A stretch of 64,000 nucleotides of DNA from Ignavibacteria bacterium (GTDB taxonomy: Bacteria; Bacteroidota; Ignavibacteria; Tepidaquicellales; Tepidaquicellaceae), in the NCBI GenBank assembly GCA_016873795.1, contig VGWA01000001.1:2344-66343 (forward strand). The letters run 5' to 3'. The notes beneath the pieces are model-generated. The model did no database searches and was not told the DNA's origin. It worked only from the letters and a program-made list of their open reading frames with translations. Within the stretch, counting starts at the first letter, position 1. Every line of letters starts with the position of its first letter. Both the position numbers and the translations under genes were made by a program. Positions 40,006 to 50,583 of the stretch are shown here, in pieces.

Positions 40006-40797
40006 CTATGGTGATAAAATAAAATAAGTAAATTGTATTGCTTTTAAAAAAAGAAATACACCCAGCAAAATTAAAATTATACCTACGGCTATATTCAATT
40101 TATTAAGTGTCGAAGGTCTGATACTTTCAGATTTTTTGGAAAGAAAATAAGTAAGAGAATTAAACCAGAGTGTAGTTCCTGCAAAAACTCCTATTGCCAG
40201 CATCAATCCGGAAATAAAACTTTTATCAATCACACCGTAACTTTTCAAGTAACCGACAAATGCTATCCATGATGCCGGCAAGGTAATTGAGGAAAGACAC
40301 AAAAAGGCCCCGCTGAAAAAATTAATTGTTATGCAGGAAAATATATTTTCGTTCTGGACAGGTACAACATGTTTCTTATACAGTATTTTCTCTACTTCTT
40401 CTTCTTTTTTTTCAAGATACTTTTCTCCTTTTTCAATCATCTTACCTATTTTATCATTCTTATTATTATCCTGCTCAATTTTCATTTTCATAATTTTAAA
40501 TCCATAAAATATTACGATAAAGCAGCCCAGTAAAGTTAATCCTGCTTTAAAGTATAATTCATTTAACTCAAAAAAATTATTGATATGTTCAGGTATAAAT
40601 GAAATAATAGCGGATACTCCTCCGTAAGCAATCAAAATATAAAACATATCCATAAAACCTGCCCCGGCACCAATAGAAGTGCCGGCTACAATATCTTTCT
40701 TAAAGCCTTTGGAAATAACAGCAAAAGAGGTTGGACCTATCGGTGGAATTGATAATATATATCCGGCAAATAAACCTATTATAAGACTGCTTAACAA
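40006..40797 (-). CDS. LysE-type translocator-like membrane protein with an inserted charged loop
   Basis: The N-terminus LIIGLFAGYILSIPPIGPTSFAVISKGF...GAGAGFMDMFYILIAYGG resembles the LysE/RhtB family. The central loop is Lys/Glu-rich (KYLEKKEEEVEKILYKK). Confidence 0.5.
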   Translation of the reverse strand: MLSSLIIGLFAGYILSIPPIGPTSFAVISKGFKKDIVAGTSIGAGAGFMDMFYILIAYGGVSAIISFIPEHINNFFELNELYFKAGLTLLGCFIVIFYGFKIMKMKIEQDNNKNDKIGKMIEKGEKYLEKKEEEVEKILYKKHVVPVQNENIFSCITINFFSGAFLCLSSITLPASWIAFVGYLKSYGVIDKSFISGLMLAIGVFAGTTLWFNSLTYFLSKKSESIRPSTLNKLNIAVGIILILLGVFLFLKAIQFTYFILSP

Positions 40798-40899
40798 TAA
40801 AAATATTTTGAAATTTATATAAAATTAACGTTTCCCGATGATTAATTCAATTTAAATGGTTACTTGATATTGAAAATAAATATTCATAAATTACATAAT

Positions 40900-41148
40900 A
40901 TGAAAACTAAAAAACTGATACTTGTTGTTTTTATTTTATTTACTCTTAATTTTACAACTGTTCCGGTAAATTATCTGTATCTTAAAAAAATTACGCCGAT
41001 AGTATACAATTTAGAGGTTTCAAAATCCAGATATATATATAACTTCTTCAATCTGAACGAGCGTAAGAAAATATACGAGGGAATAACTTTAAAAACCAGA
41101 ATAATTTCCATAAACAGAAACAATATATCCTTTTACAACTCATCCTGA
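40900..41148 (+). CDS. Small hypothetical secreted protein (82 aa from the ATG at 40900)
   Basis: The only support is an ORF with a signal-like N-terminus, MKTKKLILVVFILFTLNF. Confidence 0.3.
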   Translation: MKTKKLILVVFILFTLNFTTVPVNYLYLKKITPIVYNLEVSKSRYIYNFFNLNERKKIYEGITLKTRIISINRNNISFYNSS

Positions 41149-41349
41149 AACAAATTCACACAACAATCCCCGTAAAACAAAGTGTCAAAACTACAATACA
41201 AAGCACGTCTTAGAATTATTATTAACATAAAATCCAATAATTATCAAAATTATATCCCAAATTATTAATAAGAAAAAAAAGGGGTTAATAAAAAAAATTT
41301 TTCGCTGTCAGGAACTTTAAAATGTAGTATAAATATTACATGTTTAATA

Positions 41350-42318
41350 ATGAATAGAATTTATATTTTAATAATTGTGTTAACTGTTTCTTTTACAGGC
41401 TGTTTAAAATTAAAGTCGGACAAAGAGAATACAACTATAACTCAAAAAGAAAATTTATCTGATAATATGAACTATAATGATTTAACTCCGGAAGAAAAAA
41501 AAATAATTATTGACAAAGGAACAGAATTTCCATTTACTGGAAAATATGTTGACCATCATGAAAACGGTACATATATTTGCAAAAGATGTAATGCTCCTTT
41601 ATACAAATCGGCGGATAAATTTGAATCAGGCTGCGGGTGGCCAAGCTTCGATGACGAAATACCGGGTGCAGTAAAAAAAATACCGGACAAAGACGGTATC
41701 AGAACAGAAATAGTTTGCTCTTACTGCGGAGGACATCTCGGGCATATCTTCCTCGGAGAAGGCTTTACGGAAAAAAACAAAAGGCATTGTGTAAATTCAA
41801 TATCTTTAAACTTTATTCCCTCTGATTCAGTACAATATGAAACAGCAATTTTTGCAGGGGGATGTTTCTGGGGAATTGAATATCTTTTAAAAAACTCGAA
41901 AGGGATTATTTCTACCACCGCCGGTTACACAGGAGGTTACAAAGAAAACCCAACGTATGAAGAAGTGTGTGCCGGTTATACAGGGCATGCAGAAGCTGTT
42001 CAAATAATATTCGATTCTAAAAAAGTAACGTATGAAGAACTTGTAAAATTATTTTTTGAAATACACGACTTCACACAAATCAACAGGCAGGATCCCGACA
42101 TCGGAGAGCAATACAGAACCGAGATTTTTTATATAAATGATGAACAGAGAAAAACAGCAGAGAATATCATTTCGATACTAACAGAAAAAAATTATAAAGT
42201 TGCCACAAAACTTACGGAAGCAAATAAATTTTGGTCTGCAGAAGACTATCATCAGGATTATTATGCCAATACGGGAAAAAAACCGTATTGCCACATTTAT
42301 AAAAAAATTTTTGATTAA
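41350..42318 (+). CDS. msrAB: Exported (lipoprotein) bifunctional methionine sulfoxide reductase MsrB-MsrA
   Basis: A lipobox SFTGC follows the signal peptide. MsrB shows zinc CxxC pairs (CKRCNAPLY, CSYCGGHLGHIF), GCGWPSF and the catalytic RHCVNS. MsrA shows GGCFWGIE. Confidence 0.9.
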   Translation: MNRIYILIIVLTVSFTGCLKLKSDKENTTITQKENLSDNMNYNDLTPEEKKIIIDKGTEFPFTGKYVDHHENGTYICKRCNAPLYKSADKFESGCGWPSFDDEIPGAVKKIPDKDGIRTEIVCSYCGGHLGHIFLGEGFTEKNKRHCVNSISLNFIPSDSVQYETAIFAGGCFWGIEYLLKNSKGIISTTAGYTGGYKENPTYEEVCAGYTGHAEAVQIIFDSKKVTYEELVKLFFEIHDFTQINRQDPDIGEQYRTEIFYINDEQRKTAENIISILTEKNYKVATKLTEANKFWSAEDYHQDYYANTGKKPYCHIYKKIFD

Positions 42319-42372
42319 TTCAATAAAGCAGACTGAGACTCTGCACTTGAGGAAGATAAGTAAAGGATTTAT

Positions 42373-43776
42373 ATGCCTGATATTAGGAAATATAAATATC
42401 TCAGATTTCTTGTTCATATAAAAAATTTCTTTAATCTTATTTCTGATGCAAACAGACAGGGAACTATTGATTCGATAGGTTCTGATATATATATTCGCGG
42501 TGCAAATGTATGGTATTTGATATGCTCGGCACTAATAGCTTCAATAGGTCTGGATACCAACTCACCAGCGGTAATAATAGGGGCTATGTTGATTTCTCCA
42601 CTGATGGCTCCTATACTTGGAGTGGGATTATCTCTTGGAATTCACGACAAAGAAACATTTTTCACTTCAGTTAAGCAGTTCGCTATTGCTGTAATAGGCA
42701 GTTTGTTAGTAAGTTCAATTTATTTTTTAATAACACCTCTGGGAAATGCAACATCCGAGATCTTAGCAAGGACAAAACCAACAATACTCGATGTCGGTGT
42801 TGCATTCTTCGGAGGGGTAGCAGGAATCGTTGCAGGTTCAAGAACAAAAGCAGCAGCAGCAATTCCGGGTGTGGCAATTGCTACTGCTTTAATGCCTCCG
42901 ATTTGTACTGCCGGATTTGGATTAGCAACAGCAAGATGGGATATATTCTTCGGGGGAATATATCTGTTTTTCATCAACGCAGTGTTCATTAGCTTTTCCT
43001 CATACATAATGGTAAGGCTAATGAAATTTCCATTCAAGGAATATGTCGATTCAAAAGTGGCTGCAAGAGTAAAAAGAGTAATGATAACAACAATAATTCT
43101 TATAACTGTTCCGAGTATTTTAATTTTCTTTCAAATCATTAATGAAGTCAGATTAAAAAACAGAATCAATACATTTATTTCAAGATATATTGAGTCTCCT
43201 GAAAGGAAAGTAATTGACTGGAAATTATCTGTCGGTATAAATGATTCAAATCAAATTACGATTTTCACAGTAGGAAACAAAATTTCAGACGAAAAAACTG
43301 ATTCGCTCAATACAGCATTAAACGAATCGGTTCTAAAAAAATCCAGATTGAAACTTCTACAATATGATGCATCCAGCGGTTTTGAAAAATATCTGCGTGA
43401 AGAAATAAAATCCGATATACTGCAAACCGTTGAAATCAAGGACCAACAGGAAAAAGAATTGGAGACAAAACTCAGAACAGCGGAAGAAAAACTGAAAAAA
43501 AATGAACTTGATTCCCTAAAATACGAAAAAGCAAGCAAAGAACTGAAAATTCTGTATCCCGAAATTGAAAAGATTTCTTTTTCCATAGCGCATATGGTTA
43601 ACTATTCGGTTAATGATACTTCTATGGCAAAATTTAAAATACCGAGTATTATGCTTCAATGGAAAAAAAGTATTCCAAAAAGACAAGCACAACAAAATAT
43701 CAGAAAAATTGAAAAGTTTCTGACAAGCAGGCTTGATGTTGACACAGTACAGGTTGTTATTATAGAAAACAGGTAA
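42373..43776 (+). CDS. DUF389 domain membrane protein with a C-terminal soluble extension
   Basis: GAMLISPLMAPILG and ATALMPPICTAGFGLA are typical DUF389 (TIGR00341-like) blocks. Confidence 0.75.
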   Translation: MPDIRKYKYLRFLVHIKNFFNLISDANRQGTIDSIGSDIYIRGANVWYLICSALIASIGLDTNSPAVIIGAMLISPLMAPILGVGLSLGIHDKETFFTSVKQFAIAVIGSLLVSSIYFLITPLGNATSEILARTKPTILDVGVAFFGGVAGIVAGSRTKAAAAIPGVAIATALMPPICTAGFGLATARWDIFFGGIYLFFINAVFISFSSYIMVRLMKFPFKEYVDSKVAARVKRVMITTIILITVPSILIFFQIINEVRLKNRINTFISRYIESPERKVIDWKLSVGINDSNQITIFTVGNKISDEKTDSLNTALNESVLKKSRLKLLQYDASSGFEKYLREEIKSDILQTVEIKDQQEKELETKLRTAEEKLKKNELDSLKYEKASKELKILYPEIEKISFSIAHMVNYSVNDTSMAKFKIPSIMLQWKKSIPKRQAQQNIRKIEKFLTSRLDVDTVQVVIIENR

Positions 43777-43817
43777 AAAATAAGTTTCCTGCTATTCCTT
43801 ACAAACAGCATAAAATA

Positions 43818-44990
43818 TCAAGTTTGTACAGACCATGAATTGCTGATAAGATAAATAATTACAAGCAATGCTCCCGAAGCTGAGAAAATAAACATAAACT
43901 CAGGACTTATATTATACCATAAAAATCCCGCAAACGAACTCGATAAGAGAGCAGTCACAGAACTCAATGCTGTATATGTCCCAACTGCGGTAGCCGTATC
44001 TTTATTTTTCACTACATTTGTAATCCATGCTTTTGAAATTCCTTCGGTTCCTGCCATAAAAATACCATATAAAGCAAACAGAATTAAAATGAAATAATAA
44101 TTTTGTACCACTGAAATTCCGATATATACTAATACAAACAAAAATAAACCGAATAAATAACTCCACTTTAAACCAATTTTATCTCCAAGAAATCCCATCG
44201 GATAAGATGAAAGAGCATATATTAAATTATAAAATATATACATAAAAATAATCATGATATCATCATAACCTTTAACTTTCAAAATGAGTAAAAGGAAAAA
44301 ATCCGAACTGTTAAACAAAGCAAATGCCAGAAAACCGGAAGTGATTCTTCTATAAACGGGAACAGTACTCTTCCAGAATTTTAAAAAATCAAGAAATCCC
44401 GCTTTTTCACACAAAGGTATTGGATTATTCTTTTTCTTTCTAATGAAACAAGTTATACCGACACTGATAAGTCCGGGGACAAAAGCAATTATAAAAAGAT
44501 TTTTGTAATCAACCGGAAAAAAATAAAGATAAGCAAGTGCCAGACAGGGTCCTACAACCGCTCCGAGAGTATCAAATCCTCTGTGAAAGCCGAATATTTT
44601 TCCTTTATCTTTTAATGTTGTTTCTTCTGAAAGCATTGCGTCGCGGGCACCCGTTCTTAATCCTTTCCCAAATCTATCTAATGTACGCGCAAAGAAAACC
44701 CATAAAGGATAAGTTAAAATAATCATAAGAGGTTTGGATAGCGCACTTAGTAAATATCCGGCCTGTACGAAAGGTAATCTTTTTCCTTTGATGTCGGACA
44801 ACTTTCCAAAATAACCTTTGCTTAACCCGGAGATTGCTTCTGCAAATCCTTCCAATACTCCTATTAATAAGACAGAGAAACCTATACTTTGTAGATAGAG
44901 AGGCATTATCGGATACAGCATTTCACTTGCCATATCGGTAAAAAAACTGACAAACGAAAGCAGAATTACTGTTCTACTTAAAATTTTCAT
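43818..44990 (-). CDS. MFS transporter
   Basis: A 390-aa protein with about 12 TM helices and the MFS loop motif GKLSDIKGKR / DRFGKGLRTGARDA. Confidence 0.8.
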   Translation of the reverse strand: MKILSRTVILLSFVSFFTDMASEMLYPIMPLYLQSIGFSVLLIGVLEGFAEAISGLSKGYFGKLSDIKGKRLPFVQAGYLLSALSKPLMIILTYPLWVFFARTLDRFGKGLRTGARDAMLSEETTLKDKGKIFGFHRGFDTLGAVVGPCLALAYLYFFPVDYKNLFIIAFVPGLISVGITCFIRKKKNNPIPLCEKAGFLDFLKFWKSTVPVYRRITSGFLAFALFNSSDFFLLLILKVKGYDDIMIIFMYIFYNLIYALSSYPMGFLGDKIGLKWSYLFGLFLFVLVYIGISVVQNYYFILILFALYGIFMAGTEGISKAWITNVVKNKDTATAVGTYTALSSVTALLSSSFAGFLWYNISPEFMFIFSASGALLVIIYLISNSWSVQT

Positions 44991-45149
44991 TTTTCAAGGT
45001 TGTCTTTTAAAGAATTAATTTGTATAAATTATATATAAAATTCAATAACTTAAAAAAGTTTGAAGAATTTAATAAGTAGAAAATTGCAGTTTTATGAAAT
45101 TTAAAAAAAGATTATTTTTACGATATTTGAAAAACTAAATATATTATAT

Positions 45150-45596
45150 ATGAATCTTTTAGACATAGTAGACAAAAAATTCCGTCTTCTTGTTACAGTC
45201 TGCACATTTCTTCCGGTTTTTTTAAGAGCGTTTGTGGAAGAACATACAGGTCTGGGAATATCAGGACCTGAAATTTATTTATCTTTTTCTGTAAACGTTG
45301 TGCTTTCAATAATTAACTTCTTAATCTTCTCAATTGCAGTAAATAGACTCAACAGATTACAGGTAAAAACATGCAATATTTTGTTAAATATTAATTACAC
45401 AATTATTGCTATATTAATAGTATTTCTGACAAATTCACTATATGTAGATAAACTGGAAGAAGGCGTCATAAGAAATAATTATGAGATTTCTTTCTCGGTT
45501 TTGTCTTATATAACGGTAGCAGTTCCTTTATTCCTATGGATAATTGTGTGGTTTGTAAATTTCATAAACAAACCGAAAGAAAAGTTAGCTCAGTAG
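45150..45596 (+). CDS. Hypothetical membrane protein (148 aa)
   Basis: An ORF with 4 predicted hydrophobic helices and no recognisable motif. Confidence 0.45.
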   Translation: MNLLDIVDKKFRLLVTVCTFLPVFLRAFVEEHTGLGISGPEIYLSFSVNVVLSIINFLIFSIAVNRLNRLQVKTCNILLNINYTIIAILIVFLTNSLYVDKLEEGVIRNNYEISFSVLSYITVAVPLFLWIIVWFVNFINKPKEKLAQ

Positions 45597-45744
45597 TTTT
45601 ATTATACATAAAAATAAAAGCTTATAAAAGGTGCACAATTTGTTTTGAGAAATTATAAATATGACTATATAGAACTGCCTTTTATATAATCATAACTTTC
45701 CAATTTCAAGACATCAATATGTCGCAGACATTAATTAAACTTAA

Positions 45745-45797
45745 TAAAAAAGGCGGATGCTTTTTGAAAGGGTAAACAAAGAGTAGACCGCCTTTTA
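45745..45797 (-). terminator. Possible intrinsic terminator downstream of the T9SS beta-helix-like gene
   Basis: The minus strand reads AAAAGGCGG, an approximately 31-nt loop, CCGCCTTTT, then a T-run. The loop is unusually long. Confidence 0.3.
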
Positions 45798-45816
45798 TTA
45801 CTTACTGTTGTGTTTT

Positions 45817-47460
45817 TTATCTGATAAGCATCATCTTCTTGGTTTCTATGTAATTTGAAGTTTTAAGTATGCAGAAATAAATTCCGGAGGTAAGTTTTTC
45901 AGCATTAAAATCATATTCATAAGTACCAACTTGAAGTTGTGAATTAACAAGTGTTGATACTTCCCTACCCAATGCATCATATACTTTTAAAGAGACAAAG
46001 TCAGATTTTGGTATAGAAAATTTAATTCTTGTAACAGGATTGAAGGGATTCGGAAAATTTTGAGATAACTCATAATTTTCCGGCGCATTACCTGAGATTT
46101 GTTTTATTCCGATTGTATAATTTAGAGGATCAAACTGCGCCCAATTAGCTGTCCAGTCATTGGTACCAAAAGCACCAACATAGCCAACAGAAGTAAAAAA
46201 CGGATCAGATAAATTAGGATATGTAAAATTAGAACCCGTTAATGCAGGTGACCCTGCAAGAGGAATAAAACTAGCACCATTTTCGTAGCCATACGGATTT
46301 GTAAGCATGGCTGCCGAGTTCGTAGCATAAATTCTATTGGAAAATGAGGTAGTGTTTATCCATGTAAGAGGACTAAAATTAGCCCCGGCATTTGTTGATT
46401 TAAAACCGCCTGGATTGCCTGCGTAAATGTTATTTCTTAACTGAATTGTATCACCGAGACAAGCGTTTCCAACACCACTGCCGTCAAATAATATTGCATC
46501 AGGAAAACCCATTACTATTGAGTTATAAACTGAGCCCCAGGTATTCCTTCTGATATGATGTCCTCTTTTATGATTTGGGTTCACAACTGTATTTGTATCT
46601 CTTTTAGGTCCAACGAAAGTTACATTTGAAAAAATCGGATTACTCCTTGGTGCGTTGTAATTATTCGGACTGTTTGCATTATTATCCGCTTCCCAGCCGT
46701 GTGAACCGCTTACATCTGCAATGTTACTATCTTTAACCCCAAGACAGAATTGTAATCTTCCTCTGTATCCGTTATCAGTATCAAAATCATCGTCGACTGT
46801 CTTATAAGCTATTAGATACTTGCCATCAACCGTACCACCAAACCATTCGTAAGCATCGTCCCCACAATAACTTACCTGAATATATTCAAGTGTTGTGCCT
46901 CTGCCTACTCCACCCATAGTCAATCCGTTTATTTCGTTACCGCTTGTACCGGTAAGATTAATACCCGGAAATTCAATTCTGACATATCTTAATGAACCTG
47001 AGTTATTGTTATCATCCTGTCCGCCGTAATAAGCAGGTTGAACAGATGATGGTAAACCTTCAATAGCTGCAGTATCAGCACCACTGACAGTGTTAATTCT
47101 GGCTTTCCCAAGCAGAATTATTCCTCCCCAGTCTCCGGGTCCCCTTTGTCCGGGTGCAAGGCGGCTTGTAAATACAATAGGTTGTGTAGCGCTTCCATTA
47201 GCAATGAGTTTCGCTCCACGCTCAATAATAAGTGTCCCGGTCGTATTCTTGTCTCCGTAAATTACTGTGCCAGCCGGTATAGTCAGCTCTGCAGGTCCTT
47301 TCACGTAAACAAAACCTTTTAGAATGTATCTGATATTACTTTGTAAAGTAATATTAGAAGTGATATTATTGTTGTTCAGCGTTGTCGAATCATAAACCTG
47401 AGAAAATACTAAACCTGTACATACTAACATCAACATAGCAAATAAAAGTAATTTTTTCAT
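45817..47460 (-). CDS. Secreted protein of unknown function with a T9SS type A C-terminal sorting domain (beta-helix-like body)
   Basis: A signal peptide is present. Repetitive G/N/T-rich strands include GDWGGIILLG, INGLTMGGVGRGTTLEYIQV and GDDAYEWFGGT. The C-terminus is NFPNPFNPVTRIKFSI...VSLKVYDALGREV...SGIYFCILK...KKMMLIR. Confidence 0.7.
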   Translation of the reverse strand: MKKLLLFAMLMLVCTGLVFSQVYDSTTLNNNNITSNITLQSNIRYILKGFVYVKGPAELTIPAGTVIYGDKNTTGTLIIERGAKLIANGSATQPIVFTSRLAPGQRGPGDWGGIILLGKARINTVSGADTAAIEGLPSSVQPAYYGGQDDNNNSGSLRYVRIEFPGINLTGTSGNEINGLTMGGVGRGTTLEYIQVSYCGDDAYEWFGGTVDGKYLIAYKTVDDDFDTDNGYRGRLQFCLGVKDSNIADVSGSHGWEADNNANSPNNYNAPRSNPIFSNVTFVGPKRDTNTVVNPNHKRGHHIRRNTWGSVYNSIVMGFPDAILFDGSGVGNACLGDTIQLRNNIYAGNPGGFKSTNAGANFSPLTWINTTSFSNRIYATNSAAMLTNPYGYENGASFIPLAGSPALTGSNFTYPNLSDPFFTSVGYVGAFGTNDWTANWAQFDPLNYTIGIKQISGNAPENYELSQNFPNPFNPVTRIKFSIPKSDFVSLKVYDALGREVSTLVNSQLQVGTYEYDFNAEKLTSGIYFCILKTSNYIETKKMMLIR

Positions 47461-47493
47461 AAGGTGTTTCTCCTTTTTAAGTTAATAAAAAAT

Positions 47494-50289
47494 CTAATAT
47501 CTGTATGATATCCCAAAAGAATAATTCAAACCTCCGGATATTTTTCTGACTGTACGTTCGATATTGTTGACACTCTGAGTATAAATTTTATCCTCGTTTA
47601 ATAAATCTTTTATCGCAAATCTAATCTCTAAATTATAAAATATAGTTTTCGATAATGAAAAATCAATTACATCATTTCCTTTTTCATAAATGTCTTCAAA
47701 ACCTGCCAAACCAACTTCGGAAATTCTGTCCCCAAAACGATTATAAACGAGGTTAATATTAAGGCCCAGTTCCGGATTATCATAAAAGAGACCAAGATTA
47801 ATCATATATGGTGATTGCCCCTGCATTCTTCTTTCTGTTTTGGTTGCAACTGTTCCGATACCTTCAAGATTAATTTTTGAACTTACAAAAGTCAGATTTC
47901 CGTTGAATGTTAAATTTTTAAGAAAATCAGAAACAAAACCGAGATTTTTTCTTATTTCAAACTCTATCCCGTAGTTATCAGCACCGTTTTGTGCATTCTT
48001 GAAAGTTTTGATTCGGTTTGTGCTTGTTGGTATATACACATCTTCAATCGGAGCATCAAATCTTTTATAAAACAAACTTAGCGATAGCAATTCACCCGCT
48101 GCAGGATATAACTCACATCTCAAATCATAATTTCTGACTAATGTTCTTCTTAAATCAATAGAGTTTCCGTAAATTGTTATTCCTGTTACAAAATCCACAT
48201 ATGAAAACGGTGCAATTTCCCTTAATTCGGGTCTTGCCAGTGTTTGAGAATATGCAGCTCTGATATTTGTTTTGTCATTGAGTTGATATATGATATTGAT
48301 TGAAGGAAGTAAATCCTTGCTAATTAGATTATTAGTAATTTTGTCTCCTGTTAATCCGAGAGTATTAACATTCTGTTCGGAATATTCAAATCTGCTTCCG
48401 AGTATTAATCTGAATTTGTAAACAGGTATATCGAACATCAGATACCCCGCATAAAGATTATCATCCGCACTATATTTATCGGATTCTTTAGTAATCTCGT
48501 CATAAAAAAGCCCTTTATCATTAAAATTGGACTGATCAAATATTTTCTCAATAGGCTGGAAAAGAATTGTAAAAGGAGCACCTATATATAACGCAGGTCC
48601 AAAATTTCTTGCGTCAAAATTCCTGTCTGTACCATTCAAAAAAAACCCTAACTTCACTTTTGCTGCTGAACTGCTTTCTTGAAAAAGTTTTGATACTAAA
48701 GGAACAGATTTAAAGGGCGTTTCAATATCCAGCGATAATCCGCGGTTAATATCTTTTAAGTTTGAAAAGAACCTTCCCCCAGCAAAATCGTTACCGACAT
48801 TATAATTCAAACCTGCATAAAACGGGTCATCTGTTTCGTAATCTCTTTGATATGTCATAGTTTTAACGTCAGGTTCTTTTCTCAAAGACTCTGAATAGTT
48901 TGCTTTCCAGTCAACTGAAAGTTTATTAAATAAGTAATGATTTCCTATTAGTTGAAAAGACATAAGATTTCTTTCCGTAAATCTTGTTAGATACAACCTT
49001 TTTTCAGCCGTATAGACCTCATTATACAATCCTTCATTATACTCAGTAACATCGTCCGAATTATAAGTAAAAGTAGATTTAAGACTTATCTTGTTATATT
49101 CGTTAAGTTTTGTATTAATATTAACCAGACCACCCCATAATGTCGAAAATTCCGAAGCTTTTCCGTTATAGGAAATTAATTCTGTGTAGTCAGTATTATA
49201 AAGGTTCCTTTCAATTTTACTGTTTGAAAAGCCTGACCTATAAGAATATGCTCCGAGAACTGCAACGGGTATTTTTCCAAAATTAAAAACATTACCAATG
49301 GATATTTGAAAATTTGAATTAGCGGGTGCTTTTCTTGTTTCAGGTTTCCAGTTATTACGAAATGACTGCCCGAATGTGTTTAATTCTGATTTTGTAAAAT
49401 TTGAATTCTTTACCTGAATAGAAGGAATTACAGAAGGCAAATTCCTGCCGCCATCATCGATTCCAAGATTAAAGAAAAGTAATTTTTTTTCTCCTGCAGA
49501 ATATGTCATAAATCCTGCTCCTGTTGTATTGGAATTTACAGAACCACTTAAACTTAAATTAAAAGTAAAAGCATCAGGAAATTCCTTCGTCGTAATTTGA
49601 ACAAGGCCTCCGGAAAAATTTCCGGGTTGGTCAGGTGTAAACGTCTTGGAAATAATTACATTTTCAAGAAGGTTAGACGGAAAAATATCAAAAGAAAAAG
49701 ATTTCTTATCAGGCTCTGTGCTCGGGATTAATGAGCCATTTAGAGTGGTATTATTATATCTTTCCGATGTTCCTCTTACAAAAACAAATTTATCTTTAAC
49801 AACCGATAAACCTGTAACTCTTTTAAGAACATCTGAGGCTGCCGCATCCGGCGCACGCTTGATTTGCTGCTCACTTATTCCGTCTGTAATTCTATTGGAA
49901 TTTTTTTGCTCCACTAATAGTGCTTCTTCATTTGCAAGGCTTATATTGCCTTCGACAACAATTTCTTCTGTTGTCAATCCGTCAATTTTCATTACAATAT
50001 CAAGTCGAGTTACTTTTCCGGGAGTAACAGTCACATCTCTGATTATTTTTTCAGAATATCCTATATAAGATACTTTTATCGTATAAATTCCACCCGGTAT
50101 TCCTTCAATGCTGTAAAAACCGTCCATATCAGTTAAAGCACCATAATTTGTTCCTGAAACTTTAACAGTGGCACCGATAAGTATTTCGGCATTATCACTG
50201 TCAATAATTTTTCCCTTAATACTTTGTGCGTTAAGTGAAGAAATAAGTAATAAGGAAAATAACAACAAGTAAGTAATTTTTTTCAGCAT
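47494..50289 (-). CDS. TonB-dependent receptor with an N-terminal carboxypeptidase-regulatory-like domain (SusC-like architecture)
   Basis: The CarboxypepD_reg block is IKGKIIDSDNAEILIGATVKVSGTNYGALTDMDGFYSIEGIPGGIYTIKVSYIGY. The plug region is FVRGTSERYNNTTLNG, and the beta-barrel ends in an aromatic residue (SYRY). Confidence 0.88.
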   Translation of the reverse strand: MLKKITYLLLFSLLLISSLNAQSIKGKIIDSDNAEILIGATVKVSGTNYGALTDMDGFYSIEGIPGGIYTIKVSYIGYSEKIIRDVTVTPGKVTRLDIVMKIDGLTTEEIVVEGNISLANEEALLVEQKNSNRITDGISEQQIKRAPDAAASDVLKRVTGLSVVKDKFVFVRGTSERYNNTTLNGSLIPSTEPDKKSFSFDIFPSNLLENVIISKTFTPDQPGNFSGGLVQITTKEFPDAFTFNLSLSGSVNSNTTGAGFMTYSAGEKKLLFFNLGIDDGGRNLPSVIPSIQVKNSNFTKSELNTFGQSFRNNWKPETRKAPANSNFQISIGNVFNFGKIPVAVLGAYSYRSGFSNSKIERNLYNTDYTELISYNGKASEFSTLWGGLVNINTKLNEYNKISLKSTFTYNSDDVTEYNEGLYNEVYTAEKRLYLTRFTERNLMSFQLIGNHYLFNKLSVDWKANYSESLRKEPDVKTMTYQRDYETDDPFYAGLNYNVGNDFAGGRFFSNLKDINRGLSLDIETPFKSVPLVSKLFQESSSAAKVKLGFFLNGTDRNFDARNFGPALYIGAPFTILFQPIEKIFDQSNFNDKGLFYDEITKESDKYSADDNLYAGYLMFDIPVYKFRLILGSRFEYSEQNVNTLGLTGDKITNNLISKDLLPSINIIYQLNDKTNIRAAYSQTLARPELREIAPFSYVDFVTGITIYGNSIDLRRTLVRNYDLRCELYPAAGELLSLSLFYKRFDAPIEDVYIPTSTNRIKTFKNAQNGADNYGIEFEIRKNLGFVSDFLKNLTFNGNLTFVSSKINLEGIGTVATKTERRMQGQSPYMINLGLFYDNPELGLNINLVYNRFGDRISEVGLAGFEDIYEKGNDVIDFSLSKTIFYNLEIRFAIKDLLNEDKIYTQSVNNIERTVRKISGGLNYSFGISYRY

Positions 50290-50583
50290 AATGATTTATG
50301 TTTTAATTTATTTATACTCAAAAATACACCTTTCCAATTAAGAGAATATAAACCTTCCATTAAGAAAATAAATGTTTTGTTAAATTATTATTAAGCAGGT
50401 TTGTATACGTAACCGCTTAATAAAAGAAAATGAAGAGTATACTGCGGAATAAATCTATATGGTGATGATATATACACATTAAATTCTTATTTTGTTCTGA
50501 AAAAGTATAAAAATTTGCTTGGTTTTTATGGGTTCTTAAAACCGGAACTATACCTGTGAATAATTGGTTTACATAAAAAAATT

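Noticed and set aside
42683-43037. Minus-strand ORFs of 64 and 105 aa inside the DUF389 gene
   Set aside because: They lie antisense to the locally G+C-richer Gly/Ala-rich TM region of the DUF389 protein. They are open-frame artefacts.
50390-50421. Imperfect hairpin ATTAAGCAGG...CCGCTTAAT upstream of the TonB-dependent receptor, considered as a riboswitch (e.g. cobalamin)
   Set aside because: There is no B12-box-like or other riboswitch core sequence. The region is short and AT-rich, and the stem is bulged.
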